The position numbers and the translations under genes were made by a program. The notes under the pieces were generated by a model, which was not told where the DNA came from, did not search any database, and saw only the letters and a list, made by a program, of their open reading frames with translations. A DNA stretch of 63,977 nt, the filler included, from Octopus bimaculoides (Eukaryota), in assembly GCF_001194135.2 (NCBI RefSeq). It is 7 parts of 7 records of this genome, joined end to end, with 100 filler letters (N's around TTAATTAATTAA, not from the genome) between each part and the next. Parts side by side here need not be neighbours in the genome. Positions count along the whole stretch, not along the records: positions 1 to 11,319 come from NC_068988.1; positions 11,420 to 20,728 come from NC_068997.1; 5 more parts are not named here. One strand, given 5' to 3'. This document shows positions 1-13,278 of this stretch, in pieces (the first letter of the stretch is position 1; each line of letters begins with the position of its first letter).

Positions 1-153
1 GTGGGGAGGTGATGGCGTGGGGGTTAGGATATCCGGGTGGGATGAGTATGAGTGTGTGGAATGGGCGGTGGAGGGGGGCATGGAATCGGGAGGGGGAACT
101 GAAGTGGAGGGTGTCAGGGGTGCGGAAGGGTGGGGGTTGAGGAGGTTGTGGAG
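1..153 (+). repeat. G-rich low-complexity tract with G-quadruplex potential
   Basis: About ten runs of 3-6 G within 150 bp (GGGG, GGGGG, GGG, GGGGGG...), in sharp contrast to the AT-rich flank. Confidence 0.6.
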
Positions 154-2172
154 TTTTCTTTATTTTTTATATATATATATATAATGTACGTAGATATATA
201 CCTAAAGCCATATACAGATACAAAATTCATAGAAATGTACAAGCATACCTACCTATTCAAATACTTTCATATCTACGTCGTTTCAAAATTATTCAGTAGT
301 GTAATAACGTATTTAGAGCACGCTATAATCTATTTTATACTTTGCATTATTTATGAAATGAGTTTATCGAAACAGTGTATGATATGTAATGAACACTTTC
401 TATATAATTCATCAAAGGCGAAATACACTCCTTAATAAAACGCGATTATTTCTATGTTATGTAACTTTGTATACTACGCTTCATGCCATCGAAACTAATT
501 GCAGTTTCCCAAATGAAAATTTGGATATATAAATAAAAAAAAAACATATTAAAATCAACAAAATTCAGTAACGAATTATGATCAAATTATTTTTCATAAA
601 ATTAATAAACACACACGATTTGCCAATCTAGTGAAAGAGAAATATTGAAATATTAAAAATCAAACTAATTGATCTTCAAACACGCACAAAATACTTATAT
701 TCACTCGTATGCATTTGTATATGAATGCTTTTATGTATGCAACGCTGAATACCGACATGTATGTATGAACGCCTTTATATTTTTAAGTTCATGAATATAT
801 ATATATAGATCGNNNNNNNNNNNNNNNNNNNNNNNNNNNNNNNNNNNNNNNNNNNNNNNNNNNNNNNNNNNNNNNNNNNNNNNNNNNNNNNNNNNNNNNN
901 NNNNNNNNNNNNNNNNNNNNNNNNNNNNNNNNNNNNNNNNNNNNNNNNNNNNNNNNNNNNNNNNNNNNNNNNNNNNNNNNNNNNNNNNNNNNNNNNNNNN
1001 NNNNNNNNNNNNNNNNNNNNNNNNNNNNNNNNNNNNNNNNNNNNNNNNNNNNNNNNNNNNNNNNNNNNNNNNNNNNNNNNNNNNNNNNNNNNNNNNNNNN
1101 NNNNNNNNNNNNNNNNNNNNNNNNNNNNNNNNNNNNNNNNNNNNNNNNNNNNNNNNNNNNNNNNNNNNNNNNNNNNNNNNNNNNNNNNNNNNNNNNNNNN
1201 NNNNNNNNNNNNNNNNNNNNNNNNNNNNNNNNNNNNNNNNNNNNNNNNNNNNNNNNNNNNNNNNNNNNNNNNNNNNNNNNNNNNNNNNNNNNNNNNNNNN
1301 NNNNNNNNNNNNNNNNNNNNNNNNNNNNNNNNTATATATATATATATATTGTAGCTGTGTATTTATGTTAAATCACATATTTAAAGTTTCCCTCATAAAT
1401 TTCTGTAGTTTGTAATCGTAAATATCAAAATCGTTTTCACGAACTGAAGAAATATTAATTGCTAGCTGTCTCTTTCACGACACATCAATTACTTAATTTC
1501 TACCTCAATCACTCCCTCAATACTCCCGTCTATGTCCCCCCTCTCTCTCTCTCTCTGTCTTCTTATATTAGTCTCTGTAGTTTTAACTAGCAATTTTCAA
1601 TCCAATCAAAAATACCCATAATAAACTTTTACATTATTTACATTCATCTATAGAAATATATCTATTCACATATTAATAACACTTTTTCATCATTTTGAAT
1701 GAACACAATTAGTGCTGTTCGCGTACGTAACTCACACACACACACACTTACACACATGTATACACAGTTTGTTTCAATTACGTTGTTTATTCCACCTCTA
1801 TTATCTACACATATACCCATGCACAGCCACACACACACACACACACACACCGACATTTATGTATATAAGTATGTACGTACGTATGTATTAATCTGTGTAT
1901 ATGAGAACACATATATCTATGTGTATCTATATACAGACTTAGGCGTTGCTCGAATGTTGTGTATATATGAGATCCCTCCTGACATTTTGAAATTTATTCA
2001 GCAATTTCTAAAAAACATCTAATATCTAATAATTTTTATTTTTGTGTATTTATTATTTATGTGCTATACTATCGTTTAGCCAATAATATAATCGATGGGC
2101 GATTTAGGTAAGACCAAATAAACACTATTACGAAATCACAATTTACTGCAGCTGTTGCTGCTGCTGCTGTTT

Positions 2173-2247
<75 letters not shown>

Positions 2248-2295
2248 TCACTGCTGCTGCTGTTTCTATTTCTGCCCTATCCATCTCTCTGTCAG

Positions 2296-2348
<53 letters not shown>

Positions 2349-2357
2349 ATCCATCTG

Positions 2358-2420
<63 letters not shown>
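2173..2420. repeat. (CTA)n followed by (TATC)n microsatellites
   Basis: Direct reading: CTA repeats 2173-2246, TATC repeats about 2296-2420. These explain the poly-L/V ORFs. Confidence 0.95.
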
Positions 2421-2422
<2 letters not shown>

Positions 2423-3028
2423 ATGAATATTTATGCATCGTTGTGTATGTAAATGTAGTGATGTACGTTTACAAATGTGCTTGTGTGTTTGTGTATGTAT
2501 GTATACGTACTTTATTTGCAAAGTACGTAAGAGAGAAAGACAGAAAGATAGAAGGAGAGAGACGGAGAGAGAAAGAGCGAAAAGAGAGAGAGAGGGGGGA
2601 ATAGAGAGAAAAATATGTGAGATATAAAAAGCTTATGACAGACAAAAGTGATTCATATTAGGAGATTAATTAATTTTAAAGTTTGCTTGATACTTAACTT
2701 GCTCGAAATACGAGATTTCTGCCATTGATTTGGATAGATAGATAGATACACATTAGTGCAACCGCTTATGCACACAGTCGATTACACACAGAGCGACACG
2801 TGCGTATTCGCATTAATACTTACATCATAATTGCCGATACAATATTAAGAGGATATGTAAGTACGAGGAAAGTGTTTACTCCCACTCCACCTCTTAGATT
2901 CTTTAAATCTCTTCGCTCGTAATGACCCCATTTATTACTATATGTAAAGAAGGTTTCATCTTTGCAAACACTGTTTTGATAGGGTTAGCATCGGCGAAAC
3001 ATCTAACAAAACAGTTTCTGAATATTGA

Positions 3029-3215
3029 TTTCAAATTCTGGCATATGGTCCGCCATTTCGGGGTAAGTCAATCACATCTATACTTGTACTCAACTGGTAC
3101 TCATTTTATAGATCCTGGAATAGTGTAAGGCAAAGTCGACCTCGGCGGAATTTGAACTTAGGTCGTGAATACGGACGAAAAGCCGTTAAGCATTTTGTCC
3201 GCACACTGCTTAACC
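3029..3215 (-). mobile_element. tRNA-headed SINE family A (Meta-domain-like core), degenerate copy
   Basis: Reverse complement gives ...GTTCAAATTCCGCCGAGGTCGACTTTGCC...AAAATGAGTACCAGTTGAGTAC. It has a B box and matches the other family A copies in this window. Confidence 0.8.
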
Positions 3216-3626
3216 AATTTGTGTATTTTGAAAGGATTGACAGATCCTTTCTTTTCTTTCCTTTTTTTGCGGATGTTATTTATCCTCAGGGTTTGTTTGG
3301 GTGGTGATACTCCTGTTTGGATAGGTTTGACAAGGTATCCAGCTTCTTTTGTGGCCACATACGCTACTGCATATATTATATTGTTTAACCTGGTCATATT
3401 GACATTTGTTACTGTGGACATTAGTTCCGTAATGGTTAGGTCCACGTTATTTATTATTCATATTATTTTCTTGTCAATTTTAATTTAAGTGCGGTACAAT
3501 CGGTGGTCCATACTGAGATCTGTGGCTTTCAATTATTTAACTAGACACACTTTTAGAGTATCATAATCATTTATTTCGCCTTCACAGTTTCGAAGTCCTA
3601 GATTTGTTTCGCATTTGTTGTAGTTG

Positions 3627-3627
3627 C

Positions 3628-3688
<61 letters not shown>

Positions 3689-3733
3689 ATTATTATTATT
3701 ATTATCATTATTATTATTATTATTATTATTATT
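3627..3733. repeat. (ATT)n microsatellite
   Basis: Direct reading. Confidence 0.95.
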
Positions 3734-4199
3734 ACTCTTTTAACTACTGTATTTTAAAGTTTTTTAATCATTATTATTAATTATTTTTAGATTTAAAAAT
3801 TTCATCTTTATTGCTTTTCTTAATTTATCTGAATGACATTCGATTCATGTTAAATATTTATTTAAATGATTGTTCTGAAGCAGAATGTCTTCGTTGGTGA
3901 ATAATATATATTTTATTTTCCTTTAGAATTCTCATTTGGTCAACATGTTTTCTACTTATTGTTTATGCTTTGAAGTGATACTAATTGAATAGCATTGCCT
4001 TCGTGACCTATCTTCTTAATAGATTGGATCACCCTACTTCTTCTGTGCATTCGAATTGCTCAGTAATAGCTAAAATGCAGCAGGAATGTTGCCTAAAGCA
4101 TTCTTGAAGCTGACAAGTTGTGTTGAAGAACATATTAAATATATATAGAAATATATATGCATAAAGAGTAAATAACCCCTTCAATAATGAATAACCTTA

Positions 4200-4407
4200 G
4201 AATTGCAACTAGAAATATCCCCTCTGAGGCACAAGTCCGGATAAGACCAGCAGCCGCCCATGCATACCAGCCTCCCCTCTCCACGTCACTAAAGTTCTAC
4301 ATAGGAAGGGCAAAGTGAAAATAGTGCCTTGCTTAAGAACACAGCACATATCCCGGTCCGGGAATCGAGCTCGCTACCTCTGAATATGGTACTTAGGTTG
4401 AGCCACC
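4200..4407 (-). mobile_element. tRNA-headed SINE with CORE/V-like GTGTTCTTAAGCAAGGCAC segment
   Basis: Minus strand has a B-box-like GCTCGATTCC followed by GTGTTCTTAAGCAAGGCAC, similar to the head of the 53172-53466 element. Confidence 0.6.
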
Positions 4408-4488
4408 AGAATTTAGTACGGTATTATCCATACATTTTCAAAGTAAGGTGATTAAAATCACAAAAAAACCCAAGGATGTCCAGTAGTA

Positions 4489-4577
4489 GTGTAGTACGAT
4501 CGTTTCATGTAACTCCATTTAATTGAACAATGCAATGATTCCATCAATTTAAAATGCAGAGCAATCTTCAGCTGCAC
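4489..4577 (-). ncRNA. Type I hammerhead ribozyme motif with extended stem II
   Basis: Minus strand: GTGCAG-CTGAAGA-[58-nt AU-rich stem II]-GAAA-C-GATC-G-TA-CTACAC. Core CUGANGA/GAAA/GUA is intact, stem I pairs 5/6, stem III is the palindrome ACGATCGT. The stem II closing pair is U-U. Confidence 0.7.
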
Positions 4578-4956
4578 AAAGACTTAAAATTTAGTTAAAT
4601 TAGAACAATATATATANNNNNNNNNNNNNNNNNNNNNNNNNNNNNNNNNNNNNNNNNNNNNNNNNNNNNNNNNNNNNNNNNNNNNNNNNNNNNNNNNNNN
4701 NNNNNNNNNNNNNNNNNNNNNNNNNNNNNNNNNNNNNNNTATATATATATATATATATAAATGAGGAACAAAGATGTACATGTCTGAATTCACTATGGCC
4801 TTTGCAAGCGATTCCTTTAATTGATTAATGAAAACATTACATAATTGCAAAGATACAGTTTTGGTCCGATGATTGGATAGACTTCAAACACAAAGAACGA
4901 ACATATTCGTATATGTTAAAACAGTTGTTTAGTCCTTTGTGTCTAAAGTCTATGCA

Positions 4957-5041
4957 CTGATCTGACGAAAACCTTTTCTTTGCAATGATGTAATGCTTTC
5001 ATTAATCAATTAAAGGAGTCGTTTGAAACGGCCGTAATGAC
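4957..5041 (+). ncRNA. Type I hammerhead ribozyme motif with extended stem II
   Basis: CTGAT-CTGACGA(4962-4968)-AAAC...GTTT-GAAA(5025)-C-GGCC-G-TA-ATGAC. Core intact, stem III palindrome ACGGCCGT, stem II nested pairs AAAC/GTTT, CCTTT/AAAGG, AATGA/TCATT. Stem I is weak (3/5). Confidence 0.7.
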
Positions 5042-6870
5042 TTGACATTTATATTTCATTCGCCTTCCCTGCAATCTGCACTTCAGAAATATTATAGAAA
5101 TAAATTTTATATTTTCATATTAAGTAGATGTCTGAACGATCAACAGCAGATCTATTCACTAATTTTAGTCGTTTTATCTGCATACAGTGCAAAAATATCA
5201 GGTACAAACATTTCTGCACAGATATTATTGCAAAAAGAGAAGAGTGAACGGTTGCATACGTGCATGCATAGCAGTGTATATATGTTTCGATATAAGTATT
5301 TTCTAGCAATGTTGTATGTGCATTTCATGCCCTTGTCATGTGTAGATGAGTGCAGATTAGTGCAGGCACAGAAATATAATGGCGAATTTAATGGGTGTTT
5401 GAGGTACCTTGTATGCATATGTGTTTGTAGCCATTAAGGGTGCGTTTGCGTGTGCAACATTTTAGTGTGTGTGAAGGGAACATGGATAGTAGGAGGGTTG
5501 AACAGGTGTAAGTATTAAGTAAAAGCTAGAATGAGTACGACAATAACAATGTGAATGTTGTAAAAGAAACGTGTGAATGGACAAGAATGTGAAAAACTGT
5601 GACATGGAAAAATGTTGCGCACAAGTAAGCGAAAATGAGATTTCATGAGAGAAATCGGAGAAAATTTAATAACAATGCACAATTCTAGATGCAAAAATAG
5701 CCAAATCATACATGCTTACATATACACATGCATATATACATATACGCAAAACATTGAAACAATGCAAAAATCGATTATGAAAAACTGTTTAGAATGTAGA
5801 TCTGGTAAGAGCATTCGTTATATAAATATATTCTTTAAATGGGTACAACCACATCGGTACACACTTTTCAGAGGCAAACATTGTAAAATACAATGGTAGG
5901 AATGTAAATATGAATTGATAAACCTCAAACAGCATTTGAAAGCTTCCAGGAAGAAATGCTATCATTGTAAAAACATGGCAGAAATGTAAGATAGAAATAA
6001 TTAAAAAGAAATCCAGAGACGGCGGTTTATACAGGGATAAGTGAACAATGAATAAGGAAAAATATAGAGGCTGTCTCTCTGGAAGATATGCTTTCATTCT
6101 ATGAATGAAAACATAAAGAGTTAGAAATAATAGATTATATAGGATGGTTTGTGGCAAAAAGCAATCCAAAAGATCCATTGTCATTTCAGCACTCTAAATC
6201 ATGAAGTGGAAATAGTGTTATGCATGTGATGTGATTGAAGAATTTTTAGATAGGAAATTGGCTAAGAGAGCTGATTGTCACTTAATACTAAAAAACAAAA
6301 TTGAAATAACACTTCTGTCTATTTGGGATGCCTTATCGATATTTAACAGTAAGCTTTCTATAGACACAAAAATATCAAACTGGCTGGGTGGCGTATACAG
6401 AAAGAAATACGATAAAAAAAAATACAAAAGTCCTTAGTAATCTGTAAAAGAGGAACAGGTTTATTCCATGAAAATATTGTATGAAATGCATATGGCTCGT
6501 GTGATCCTATGCATCCTGGATGTCAATGGGAGGAACGCTGCTTTCACCACCATATAAGTCGCTGAAAAAAATGGGTTTTTTTGAGGTACTGTGTAGCTTC
6601 TAACGAATACAATCATCGATCCAGAATACAGTAGTCCCCCAGAATTCAGAAGGGTTACGTTTCTTGCATTACGAAAAACTGCGAATATAGGACATGGTCC
6701 ATAAAAATGCCTATATTGTCAAAATATATCGTAAAATATTATATATATNNNNNNNNNNNNNNNNNNNNNNNNNNNNNNNNNNNNNNNNNNNNNNNNNNNN
6801 NNNNNNNNNNNNNNNNNNNNNNNNNNNNNNNNNNNNNNNNNNNNNNNNNNNNNNNNNNNNNNNNNNNNNN

Positions 6871-7030
6871 GGAATATGTTATTTTATTTAAAAGAGTTCC
6901 AACTCTGTTTTTTGTTTTATTTATATTCTTGTAAAATTAATGTGGGATATAGAATATGGAATATATAATATATAATATAAAAATGGATGGTACAATGAAA
7001 TGAAATATTGAATGTCTTATTGAATATATG
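6871..7030 (+). repeat. AT-rich dispersed repeat (probable Penelope-like terminal repeat)
   Basis: AAAAGAGTTCCAAC...TGTGGGATATAGAATATGGAATAT recurs at about 13950-14096 (opposite strand, next to a hammerhead motif) and at 60765-60998. Confidence 0.65.
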
Positions 7031-8686
7031 AATTATGTCTTTAACGTGTTGTATATATCTTTCATCTGTCATCGCTAGCCCAAGTAATACTGGTATGATT
7101 CACTGTATATACGACACTGTTCAACTCGTCCTCCTTCCCTCCTGGTCCCTCACTTTTGAGACCAAGAGCCTATACAGATGGTGGAGTTGTAATGTGTAGC
7201 GGTGGGTCAACGAGGGAGGGGTGCGTTGCACAAATTCGTTCTACTCTAGGCCACAATAATGCAAATAAATATACAGGAAGTTAGTGAAATGATTCTGTCA
7301 GGATAAAGTACAGAAAGTGATACATTCGAAGAAGGTAGTATCTAGGTGAAGCTGCTTATACTTCTAATGAATATTTCACTGATTCAGTTGAGATAAACAG
7401 AAAGTTATATACCATGCTCAAAGCAAAACAGACACATCACTATGACACCTAAGATTTTATTTTTATGATGACGTCCAAGTATATGCAAACGAAATCAGTG
7501 GTGTGAAGAATAGATGCGATGTTTTTTTCATGACATCTTCTATGGGAATGAAAGGAACATATAAGAAAGATAAATACAATTTCCTTATTGTAAGATGAAA
7601 ACCAAATACGAGACCTTCTCACAACGAATATATGAATGGCCTACTAGGATAGAATCAACAAAATTTCTAGTAAAACAACTAAAATTCAAAGTAAATATCA
7701 ATTTCCCTTCCTCAAATACAGTTGTAAGCTCGAAAACAAAAGTTTTCTTTTTTATACATTTGAGTATTCCCGTAATTTATGTACAATTCGAGTGCTCTCT
7801 CCCTCCCCCCTCTCTCTCTCTTTCTCTCTCTCCTTATATATATATGTATACATAGATAAATATGACATATATATATATATATGGGTGTGTGCATTTATAT
7901 ATATGCAAATATATACGTGTATGTAGATTCATATATATGTATACATAGATAAATATGACATATATATATATATNNNNNNNNNNNNNNNNNNNNNNNNNNN
8001 NNNNNNNNNNNNNNNNNNNNNNNNNNNNNNNNNNNNNNNNNNNNNNNNNNNNNNNNNNNNNNNNNNNNNNNNNNNNNNNNNNNNNNNNNNNNNNNNNNNN
8101 NNNNNNNNNNNNNNNNNNNNNNNNNNNNNNNNNNNNNNNNNNNNNNNNNNNNNNNNNNNNNNNNNNNNNNNNNNNNNNNNNNNNNNNNNNNNNNNNNNNN
8201 NNNNNNNNNNNNNNNNNNNNNNNNNNNNNNNNNNNNNNNNNNNNNNNNNNNNNNNNNNNNNNNNNNNNNNNNNNNNNNNNNNNNNNNNNNNNNNNNNNNN
8301 NNNNNNNNNNNNNNNNNNNNNNNNNNNNNNNNNNNNNNNNNNNNNNNNNNNNNNNNNNNNNNNNNNNNNNNNNNNNNNNNNNNNNNNNNNNNNNNNNNNN
8401 NNNNNNNNNNNNNNNNNNNNNNNNNNNNNNNNNNNNNNNNNNNNNNNNNNNNNNNNNNNNNNNNNNNNNNNNNNNNNNNNNNNNNNNNNNNNNNNNNNNN
8501 NNNNNNNNNNNNNNNNNNNNNNNNNNNNNNNNNNNNNNNNNNNNNNNNNNNNNNNNNNNNNNNNNNNNNNNNNNNNNNNNNNNNNNNNNNNNNNNNNNNN
8601 NNNNNNNNNNNNNNNNNNNNNNNNNNNNNNNNNNNNNNNNNNNNNNNNNNNNNNNNNNNNNNNNNNNNNNNNNNNNNNNNNNNNNN

Positions 8687-8721
<35 letters not shown>

Positions 8722-9073
8722 CACATACACATACACACATATATATACGAAATGAAGCAAAATATAAAATAATCATGGAATGGAAATATATTTCTGAATT
8801 ATATATCATATTCCATGTGATGTAAAAATATATGCACATAATATTAATATTCGGTGGGAGAAAATGAAAAAAAGGAAACTTACTCTTCATCTTACTTTTC
8901 ATATAATACTTTGACATATATTAATGCTGTATGCATAATTTTTCTCATACATTTTCAATACAAGGAATTTAAATGGGGAAAAAATCCATTTAAATGTAAT
9001 ATGTTTCCTCAAAAGATACGCATAAAATTCAGGAAGCAAATGAATTATATATATACGTACATACACACACACA

Positions 9074-9086
9074 GATAGTTAGATAC

Positions 9087-9154
<68 letters not shown>

Positions 9155-9176
9155 GTAGATAGGTAGATAGATAGAG

Positions 9177-9217
<41 letters not shown>
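9074..9217. repeat. (GATA)n microsatellite
   Basis: Direct reading. Confidence 0.95.
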
Positions 9218-9219
<2 letters not shown>

Positions 9220-9930
9220 GGCAGATTCATAGGTTGTAAGAGGGGAAGTTACAAGGATATGCGTATATATGTATCAGTGTTNNNNNNNNNNNNNNNNNNN
9301 NNNNNNNNNNNNNNNNNNNNNNNNNNNNNNNNNNNNNNNNNNNNNNNNNNNNNNNNNNNNNNNNNNNNNNNNNNNNNNNNNNNNNNNNNNNNNNNNNNNN
9401 NNNNNNNNNNNNNNNNNNNNNNNNNNNNNNNNNNNNNNNNNNNNNNNNNNNNNNNNNNNNNNNNNNNNNNNNNNNNNNNNNNNNNNNNNNNNNNNNNNNN
9501 NNNNNNNNNNNNNNNNNNNNNNNNNNNNNNNNNNNNNNNNNNNNNNNNNNNNNNNNNNNNNNNNNNNNNNNNNNNNNNNNNNNNNNNNNNNNNNNNNNNN
9601 NNNNNNNNNNNNNNNNNNNNNNNNNNNNNNNNNNNNNNNNNNNNNNNNNNNNNNNNNNNNNNNNNNNNNNNNNNNNNNNNNNNNNNNNNNNNNNNNNNNN
9701 NNNNNNNNNNNNNNNNNNNNNNNNNNNNNNNNNNNNNNNNNNNNNNNNNNNNNNNNNNNNNNNNNNNNNNNNNNNNNNNNNNNNNNNNNNNNNNNNNNNN
9801 NNNNNNNNNNNNNNNNNNNNNNNNNNNNNNNNNNNNNNNNNNNNNNNNNNNNNNNNNNNNNNNNNNNNNNNNNNNNNNNNNNNNNNNNNNNNNNNNNNNN
9901 NNNNNNNNNNNNNNNNNATATATATATATA

Positions 9931-11154
9931 TAGGGTATCCCAAAAGACTGTATACACATTTTAACAGCTTTTAACAGAATTGGTGTTTTCTCTTTTCAGG
10001 TAAAACATACTGGAATTAATGATGGCAGTCAGACTAAGATTTGAACAAAAGAAATTCATTCTAAAATGCTGCTGGTTGTGTGAAAACGCAGCTGAAGTGG
10101 AAAGCTGAAGTGGAAAGGTTAGGAGGGAGTTTCAGAAAGATCCACCAACGTGACTTACCATTACTCGAATTAGAGATAAGTCTGAAGCCGATGGAACTGT
10201 TCAGAACGTCCACAAGAAGCGTTCCAGAAGACCACGAACATCGTCAATTCCCTCAAAACAAGGAGTGCTGTAAACGTATCACCAAAGTTCAAGAAAATTT
10301 ATGCGGCAAGCGATTCGTGAGACAGGTATTTCAAAATCATCTGTCCTAAGCATTTTGAAAATTTGTCAATAGAAAAGTTACGTTCCAAAAATAGTTCATG
10401 CTATTAATAACGATGATCCAGACAGTATGCGAGTGGTACTTGGCATGATATGTAGAAGATGCACACTTTCCAACTAAGATTACGTGGAGTGATGAGGCCA
10501 GATTCAAATTAAATGGTTCAAATAACTGTCACAATTGCACCTACTGGGAATCTGAGAATCTGCATGTTATGTTGGAACACGATGTTAATTTACCAGGAGT
10601 TACAGTGTGGTGTGGCTTATCATCAAAAGGATAAATTGGACCGTTATTTTTTGACGCTACTGTGACTGGTCCCATTTACTTGAACTCCCTTCAACAGGCT
10701 GTCATGCCAAGCATTAGAGAAGACTTTGAAGATGAGGAGTTTTATTTTCAGCAAGATGGGGCACCCCCACATTAACATCGCGATGTTAGATCCTTCCTTG
10801 ATGAAATCTTGTCAAACAGGTGGATTGGTCGAAGGGTTTCGTTGAAAACCCTCCGCGTTCACCAGACCTCACACCACTAGACTTTATTTATGGGGACACC
10901 TAAAACACTAAGTCTACGCTATGAAGCCTGAAACAGTCACTGATTTGAGAGAAATTCTTTCGTAGTGTTTGTGATTCCATTGCTTCACGTTGTCAACAGT
11001 GCCTGGACCAGAACGGACCTCAGTTTGAAAACAGGCGTTGACAAAACAATAAAATAATGTCTGTAGATTTTATAAAATTGTGAAAATGAAATGCATTTTA
11101 ATAAACACGTACTTAACAATTATTTAAAGTGTGCATACACTTTTGGGACACTCC
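9931..11154 (+). mobile_element. IS630-Tc1-mariner DNA transposon, DD41D (rosa/Visitor)-like, inactivated transposase
   Basis: TIRs AGGGTATCCCAAAAGACTGTATACACATTTTAA and TTAAAGTGTGCATACACTTTTGGGACACTC, with TA on the left. Fragments [26 protein letters not shown] (10491), QQDGAPPH* (10755), WIGR, PRSPDLTPLDF. D-D spacing of about 41 after allowing for frameshifts. Confidence 0.9.
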
Positions 11155-11164
11155 TCTCTCTCTT

Positions 11165-11252
<88 letters not shown>

Positions 11253-11363
11253 AGAATACACAAGAATAAGGGCAGGGAATCGTCAATTAATAATAGAATT
11301 AATAATTAACAATTTTGCCNNNNNNNNNNNNNNNNNNNNNNNNNNNNNNNNNNNNNNNNNNNN

Positions 11364-11375
11364 TTAATTAATTAA
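11364..11375. other. Assembly spacer TTAATTAATTAA in a 100-bp gap (also 20773, 37282, 45612, 53949, 62538)
   Basis: The identical 12-mer, with stops in all six frames, sits centred between 44-N runs six times. Confidence 0.9.
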
Positions 11376-11419
11376 NNNNNNNNNNNNNNNNNNNNNNNNN
11401 NNNNNNNNNNNNNNNNNNN

Positions 11420-11460
<41 letters not shown>

Positions 11461-11651
11461 TATATAGAGTCATTTATAAAGCATTAAACTTATATACAGA
11501 ATTGTGTATTTTTTATTAATTACATCCGTGTGTATACATATTAGAAATAGAGAATACACACATGCATATCACACGCACACTCACACGCTCACATAGTCAC
11601 ACCACACACTCCCTGTCTCATCTTTTTCTCTCTCACTCTCTTCCTTTCACT

Positions 11652-11714
<63 letters not shown>

Positions 11715-11970
11715 CTATATGCACGCATACATGTCATGAAAGATAGCTGACAATGTAGAATATCATGTACAGAAGTTGGACTTATTATATGGCGAATTAA
11801 TTACAGGTGTAGAATAATATACATACTGTGAGGGACATTAATGTGTGTGGAATGCTTTGCAGATAATTATGTAAGAAAACATAAAACACTAACATTATAC
11901 TGCTAGTATTTAATGTTTCATTCTTTAAATATCTGTGTTATATAGGTATCGAAGTGTTTACACATACACA

Positions 11971-12003
<33 letters not shown>

Positions 12004-12837
12004 GCCCACGCCCACACACATACGCATATATAATGAGAGGGAAGAGATAAGAGGATGCATATATACACACATACACACTCTCGCACACATGAATATATAT
12101 ATATAACTATATATATGTATATATAAACAAAATAATATATATATATATATATANNNNNNNNNNNNNNNNNNNNNNNNNNNNNNNNNNNNNNNNNNNNNNN
12201 NNNNNNNNNNNNNNNNNNNNNNNNNNNNNNNNNNNNNNNNNNNNNNNNNNNNNNNNNNNNNNNNNNNNNNNNNNNNNNNNNNNNNNNNNNNNNNNNNNNN
12301 NNNNNNNNNNNNNNNNNNNNNNNNNNNNNNNNNNNNNNNNNNNNNNNNNNNNNNNNNNNNNNNNNNNNNNNNNNNNNNNNNNNNNNNNNNNNNNNNNNNN
12401 NNNNNNNNNNNNNNNNNNNNNNNNNNNNNNNNNNNNNNNNNNNNNNNNNNNNNNNNNNNNNNNNNNNNNNNNNNNNNNNNNNNNNNNNNNNNNNNNNNNN
12501 NNNNNNNNNNTATATATACATATATATATATTCATGCACATGAGTGAGAGAGAGAGACACAGAGAGAAACTAAAAAAGAAAGAGAAACAGAAGGAAAGAA
12601 AATCTTTTCCGTTTCTCACAAACTCCGAGTTGTGTCTCTTGTAAATATAGTTTTCTGATACTGAGTATCCTTTAACGCTAATCTCTCTTTCCCCATATAC
12701 TCTACATCCAGCGCAGGAACAGGTGTAGAATTATATACATTCTCTACAAATATGTACCATACACACGTTCAGATTCATACGCATACAGACAAATAAATGT
12801 ACATATATGAACACGCGCCTGTGAAAAAGGCTTTCAT

Positions 12838-13278
12838 ACTTGGTGTGTGGTAAGATGCTTGCTTCCCAACCGCGTTCAGTCCCATTCCACATCATTTTGG
12901 ACGTGTGTTTTATTTTATGGCCTCGGGCCGAAGAAAGCCTTGTGGGTGGATTTGGTGGACGGAAACTGAAAGAAACCTGTCGTTGTAAATCTATCTATCC
13001 ATCCATCTATCTATCTGTCTGTCTATCTATACATCTATCTATCTGTGTGTGTGTGTGTGTGTGTTTGTGTGTGTGTTTGTCCCCCACCACCGCTTGACAT
13101 CCGTTGTTGGTGTGTTTACGTCTCCGTCAACTAGCGATTCGCAAATGGGCCCGACAGAATAAATACCAGGTTTGAAACAAAAAAATAGTGGGGTCAAGTT
13201 ATTCAACTAAAACTCTTTAAGGCAGTGCTCCAGTATGACAGCAGTCTAATGGCTGTAACTATTAAAGGAATAAAAGAG
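12838..13278 (+). mobile_element. tRNA-headed SINE family B (CORE-like), with internal microsatellite
   Basis: Collinear with the 29295-29732 copy: GGTAAG..GCTTGCTTCCCAACC...CCTTGTG.GTGGATTTGG..GACGGAAACTGAAAGAA...CCGCTTGACA... Confidence 0.85.

Noticed and set aside
6629-6690. Tigger/pogo-like TIR start (TA-CAGTAGTCCCCC)
   Set aside because: It runs towards a gap with no second TIR or recognisable transposase, so support is too thin.
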